Source: Nitrospiraceae bacterium (GTDB lineage Bacteria > Nitrospirota > Nitrospiria > Nitrospirales > Nitrospiraceae). Taken from it: DNA of 64,000 nucleotides. The translations under genes and the position numbers were made by a program. Under the pieces are notes generated by a model. That model did not search any database. It had not been told where the DNA came from and saw only the letters and a program-made list of their open reading frames with translations. Of the stretch, positions 61,401-64,000 are shown piece after piece. The stretch's first letter is position 1. Each line of letters starts with the position of its first letter. The stretch covers positions 64,001 to 128,000 of the forward strand of contig JBFWWG010000005.1 in the NCBI GenBank assembly GCA_050246315.1, in the 5' to 3' direction.

Positions 61401-62240
61401 ATGACGCCAAATCTGGGTCCGATATGGAGCACGGTCGTGGCGCTGGCGCTGCTGGTCGTTGTGATTATGGCCGCGTCGGCCGAGGCGCAGCTCGATCGGC
61501 TACGGAAGTTCCGGTCCGAGCCGGGACCGACGCAGCCTCTGGATCAGCCGATGGTCACGATCCAGGCCGGCTCCTTTTGGATGGGGCGAGACGGAACAGA
61601 AGCGTTGGAGGACGAGCGGCCTCGGCACGAAGTCTGGCTCGACGAGTTCTCGATCGACTTGCATGAGGTCACCACGGAAGGCTATGCACGGTTTCTTGCG
61701 GACACACAACGGCAATCCCCGGCGTTTTGGGAGCAGGTGAATCTGGTGCAGCACGGCACGAGACCGGTTGTGGGCGTCTCCTGGGAGGATGCCGCCGCCT
61801 ACTGTGCATGGCGAGGGGCGCGGTTGCCGACGGAGGCCGAGTGGGAAAAGGCTGCGAGAGGGACGGACGAACGCCGCTACCCATGGGGCAATCAGAAGCC
61901 GACTTCGGATCTGGCCAATTTTGCGCTCGGCGCCCGCTTCAGTTACGAGCAGGTCTTGCTCCCGGTCGGTCAGTTTCCGAAAGGGAAGAGTCCCTACGGT
62001 GTGCAGGACATGGCGGGAAACGTGTGGGAATGGGTCTCCGATTGGTATGTAGGGAACTATTATGAAGTGAGTCCCGCGAGGAATCCGCAGGGACCCGACC
62101 AGGGACAGTTCAAAGGGCTGCGCGGAGGGTCCTGGTCCGATCTGCCGAAGTATCTGCTGACGTACGGCCGATTCAAACTGTTGCCCACCACTCGCAACAG
62201 TTTCACCGGATTTCGTTGCGCGAAATCCACCGCGCCGTAA
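61401..62240 (+). CDS. Secreted FGE-sulfatase (SUMF1-like) protein
   Basis: Signal peptide; RLPTEAEWEKAARG, DMAGNVWEW, RGGSW..GFRC. Confidence 0.9.
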   Translation: MTPNLGPIWSTVVALALLVVVIMAASAEAQLDRLRKFRSEPGPTQPLDQPMVTIQAGSFWMGRDGTEALEDERPRHEVWLDEFSIDLHEVTTEGYARFLADTQRQSPAFWEQVNLVQHGTRPVVGVSWEDAAAYCAWRGARLPTEAEWEKAARGTDERRYPWGNQKPTSDLANFALGARFSYEQVLLPVGQFPKGKSPYGVQDMAGNVWEWVSDWYVGNYYEVSPARNPQGPDQGQFKGLRGGSWSDLPKYLLTYGRFKLLPTTRNSFTGFRCAKSTAP

Positions 62241-62382
62241 CCCGCATTATTGATGACGGTCGTGACGAATCCGCTCGGACGCCAAGCGTTGAACCCATTG
62301 CATGTGCGACTCGTTGGATGACGCAGTCCGCAACGGGTCGCACGGCGGTTGCTGTGGAAGCGTTCATGAGTAATGCGGGTTA
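62238..62382 (-). mobile_element. MITE-like element, family B, inverted
   Basis: taacccgcattattgatga ... tcatgagtaatgcgggtta; internal ccaagcgttgaacccattgc matches the reverse complement of the 55391 copy. Confidence 0.72.
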
Positions 62383-62421
62383 GGCCGTCGAACGTTGGAT
62401 CTCGACCAGCCCCGCCAGTTC

Positions 62422-63261
62422 TCAATAAAGCGTCTTGCTGACTTCTGAGGAGAGGCTGCTCTCGTTTCCTGAGAGGTCGTAAGCCGAGATGGCGAAAAAA
62501 TAGGTCTGACCTTTCGGCAAGGTGTTCAAGATGTAGGCAGTGGAGTCGCCGGTCACGAATGGGGAGCCGGCATAGCCATAGGAACCTGACGAGGTACCGA
62601 CGTAGATCTTGTAGCCGGCGAGGTCCGGCTCTCGATTGGCCTGCCAGGTCAGGGTGACGGAGCCGACGGCAATCGACGGCGGTCCTGAGGGGAGGGACGG
62701 ACTTGGTACGGGATTCGGTGTGGGACCTGGCGGAGCGACGGCCAGTGAGGGCGCGATGTCGGGAAAGCGTTTCATGAGCCCGGTCACGCCGCGAGAGGAG
62801 CCCGGTGGGGTCGGCCCTGCCCCGCCTGTCCCCGTCGAATTGCCGGTCGATGCGCCGGCGGAGGGGGAGGCGAGAAGACCGGGGGTGGGCTTGAGCGGCT
62901 GGCTGTTCGACGATGCCGGGCCGGCAGTTGCACCGCCAGTTCCTGTTTCTCTCTGCTGCGGCCCGACCGGTTCGGTCGAAGCCCGTTCGTGTGTTGTTTC
63001 ATCCGAGGCCGGTCTCTTGATGAGACTGTTCGACTGGGGTTGAATCGATGTGGCTGGGGACTCGTGAGGTGGAGTCGTCGTCTCTTGCTGCTTCCGATGC
63101 GGACGAATGAGACTGGGCCGGGAGGGCGCGCTGTCAACGGAAGGCGACACGTGCACCTGCGATTGATCCGCTGCAGGGACCGTCTGAGGGCCAAGCCAGC
63201 AGCAGAGGGTCAGGACGCCCAATGCGATGACTCCGATACCGGACCGATGTCTCGATTCCAT
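62422..63261 (-). CDS. Secreted protein with low-complexity linker and C-terminal fibronectin type III domain
   Basis: VTLTWQANREPDLAGYKIY..YFFAISAYD..NES..S.EV. Confidence 0.8.
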   Translation of the reverse strand: MESRHRSGIGVIALGVLTLCCWLGPQTVPAADQSQVHVSPSVDSAPSRPSLIRPHRKQQETTTPPHESPATSIQPQSNSLIKRPASDETTHERASTEPVGPQQRETGTGGATAGPASSNSQPLKPTPGLLASPSAGASTGNSTGTGGAGPTPPGSSRGVTGLMKRFPDIAPSLAVAPPGPTPNPVPSPSLPSGPPSIAVGSVTLTWQANREPDLAGYKIYVGTSSGSYGYAGSPFVTGDSTAYILNTLPKGQTYFFAISAYDLSGNESSLSSEVSKTLY

Positions 63262-63447
63262 GGACTGACTCCCAGGACAAGTTGCGTGGGTGAATGATCC
63301 GGCACAATCGGGAAGCGGTTGCGGTACGGCCTCCGACCATCCGGTAGCGTGACTGAGCCGCAGTCTAGCGAAGAACCTTCGGGTTGACCACTGATTGAGG
63401 AAATCGAGGCGGGACGAGAAGAGCCGCACGGACCGCCCTCTGCTCAA

Positions 63448-64000
63448 TTAGGCGAGGTGCGTGACCATCCATTCGGTGATCGCGTGCGTCATCTGGTTGA
63501 AGTGGTCTCCGACCGTGAACCCATGGTCGGCGCCCGGCACCACCAGTAACTGCTTGATGCCTTGCAACGAATCGAGTAATCGTTCGCTCTGTGCAAGCGG
63601 CACCAATCGATCCTGGTCGCCGTGAACGATCAAGGAAGGCAAGGCAATGTTTGAAGCGGCCATGTAGCCGTCATACCCCAGGCACTCCTCATAGAAGCGA
63701 TACTTAAGCCTGATGCGGCCGGGGTTGCCCGTTACGTCGGGGATCGTTTGGTTCCGCCGCCATTCGTCCATTCCGTTTTCACCAAACTCCAGCCGTAGCA
63801 TGGCGGGCAAGTCCGACACCGGACACTTCAGGGCGAGACAACGCAAGGTGGATGTGCGCGAGGCGCTTTGAGAAGCGGCAAGCAAGGCGATCAGCCCGCC
63901 AAAACTGGACCCCACCAGGCCGAGATCACGAAAGCCATGGGCCGAGGCCCAAGCCAGGGCGGACTGAGCCTGATCGAGCGCCAGGCCCACGGTGATGTTT
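63448..64000 (-). CDS. Alpha/beta hydrolase (5' end outside window)
   Basis: GSSFGG, HGDQD, GADH. Confidence 0.85.
   Translation of the reverse strand, partial: NITVGLALDQAQSALAWASAHGFRDLGLVGSSFGGLIALLAASQSASRTSTLRCLALKCPVSDLPAMLRLEFGENGMDEWRRNQTIPDVTGNPGRIRLKYRFYEECLGYDGYMAASNIALPSLIVHGDQDRLVPLAQSERLLDSLQGIKQLLVVPGADHGFTVGDHFNQMTHAITEWMVTHLA

Noticed and set aside
62112..62220. Second FGE-domain gene as a remote DGR target
   Set aside because: Protein spacing matches the TR, but nucleotides differ at many non-adenine positions and no heptamer array or perfect hairpin follows; a MITE does.

Overview
GC-rich bacterial chromosome segment; gene content and repeat families suggest a Nitrospira-like organism (inference, no search run). 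The main element is a complete diversity-generating retroelement (DGR) at 279-5011, ordered target gene, hairpin, avd, reverse transcriptase, template repeat (TR). Its target is a receptor-like protein: TIR domain, nSTAND-type NTPase, coiled coil, one transmembrane helix and a C-terminal FGE-sulfatase/C-type-lectin-fold domain. The variable repeat (VR, 3033-3152) differs from the TR (4719-4838) mostly at TR adenines (18 of 26 mismatches, hand-aligned). A second candidate novel system is a PilZ-fused HMG-CoA-reductase-like enzyme with altered substrate-binding residues, upstream of a histidine kinase with a duplicated 7TM sensor (21206-26125). The rest includes a TVP38/FAD-oxidoreductase/DUF3047/DUF547/GT2 cluster interrupted by cydAB, a CBS-domain tRNA nucleotidyltransferase, an Lhr helicase, a decaying region with pseudogenes around a HEPN-MNT toxin-antitoxin pair, aas, a MutS-like protein, prmA, two beta-propeller lipoproteins, two MITE-like families and scattered heptamer tandem repeats. 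No rRNA, tRNA or CRISPR array was recognised.
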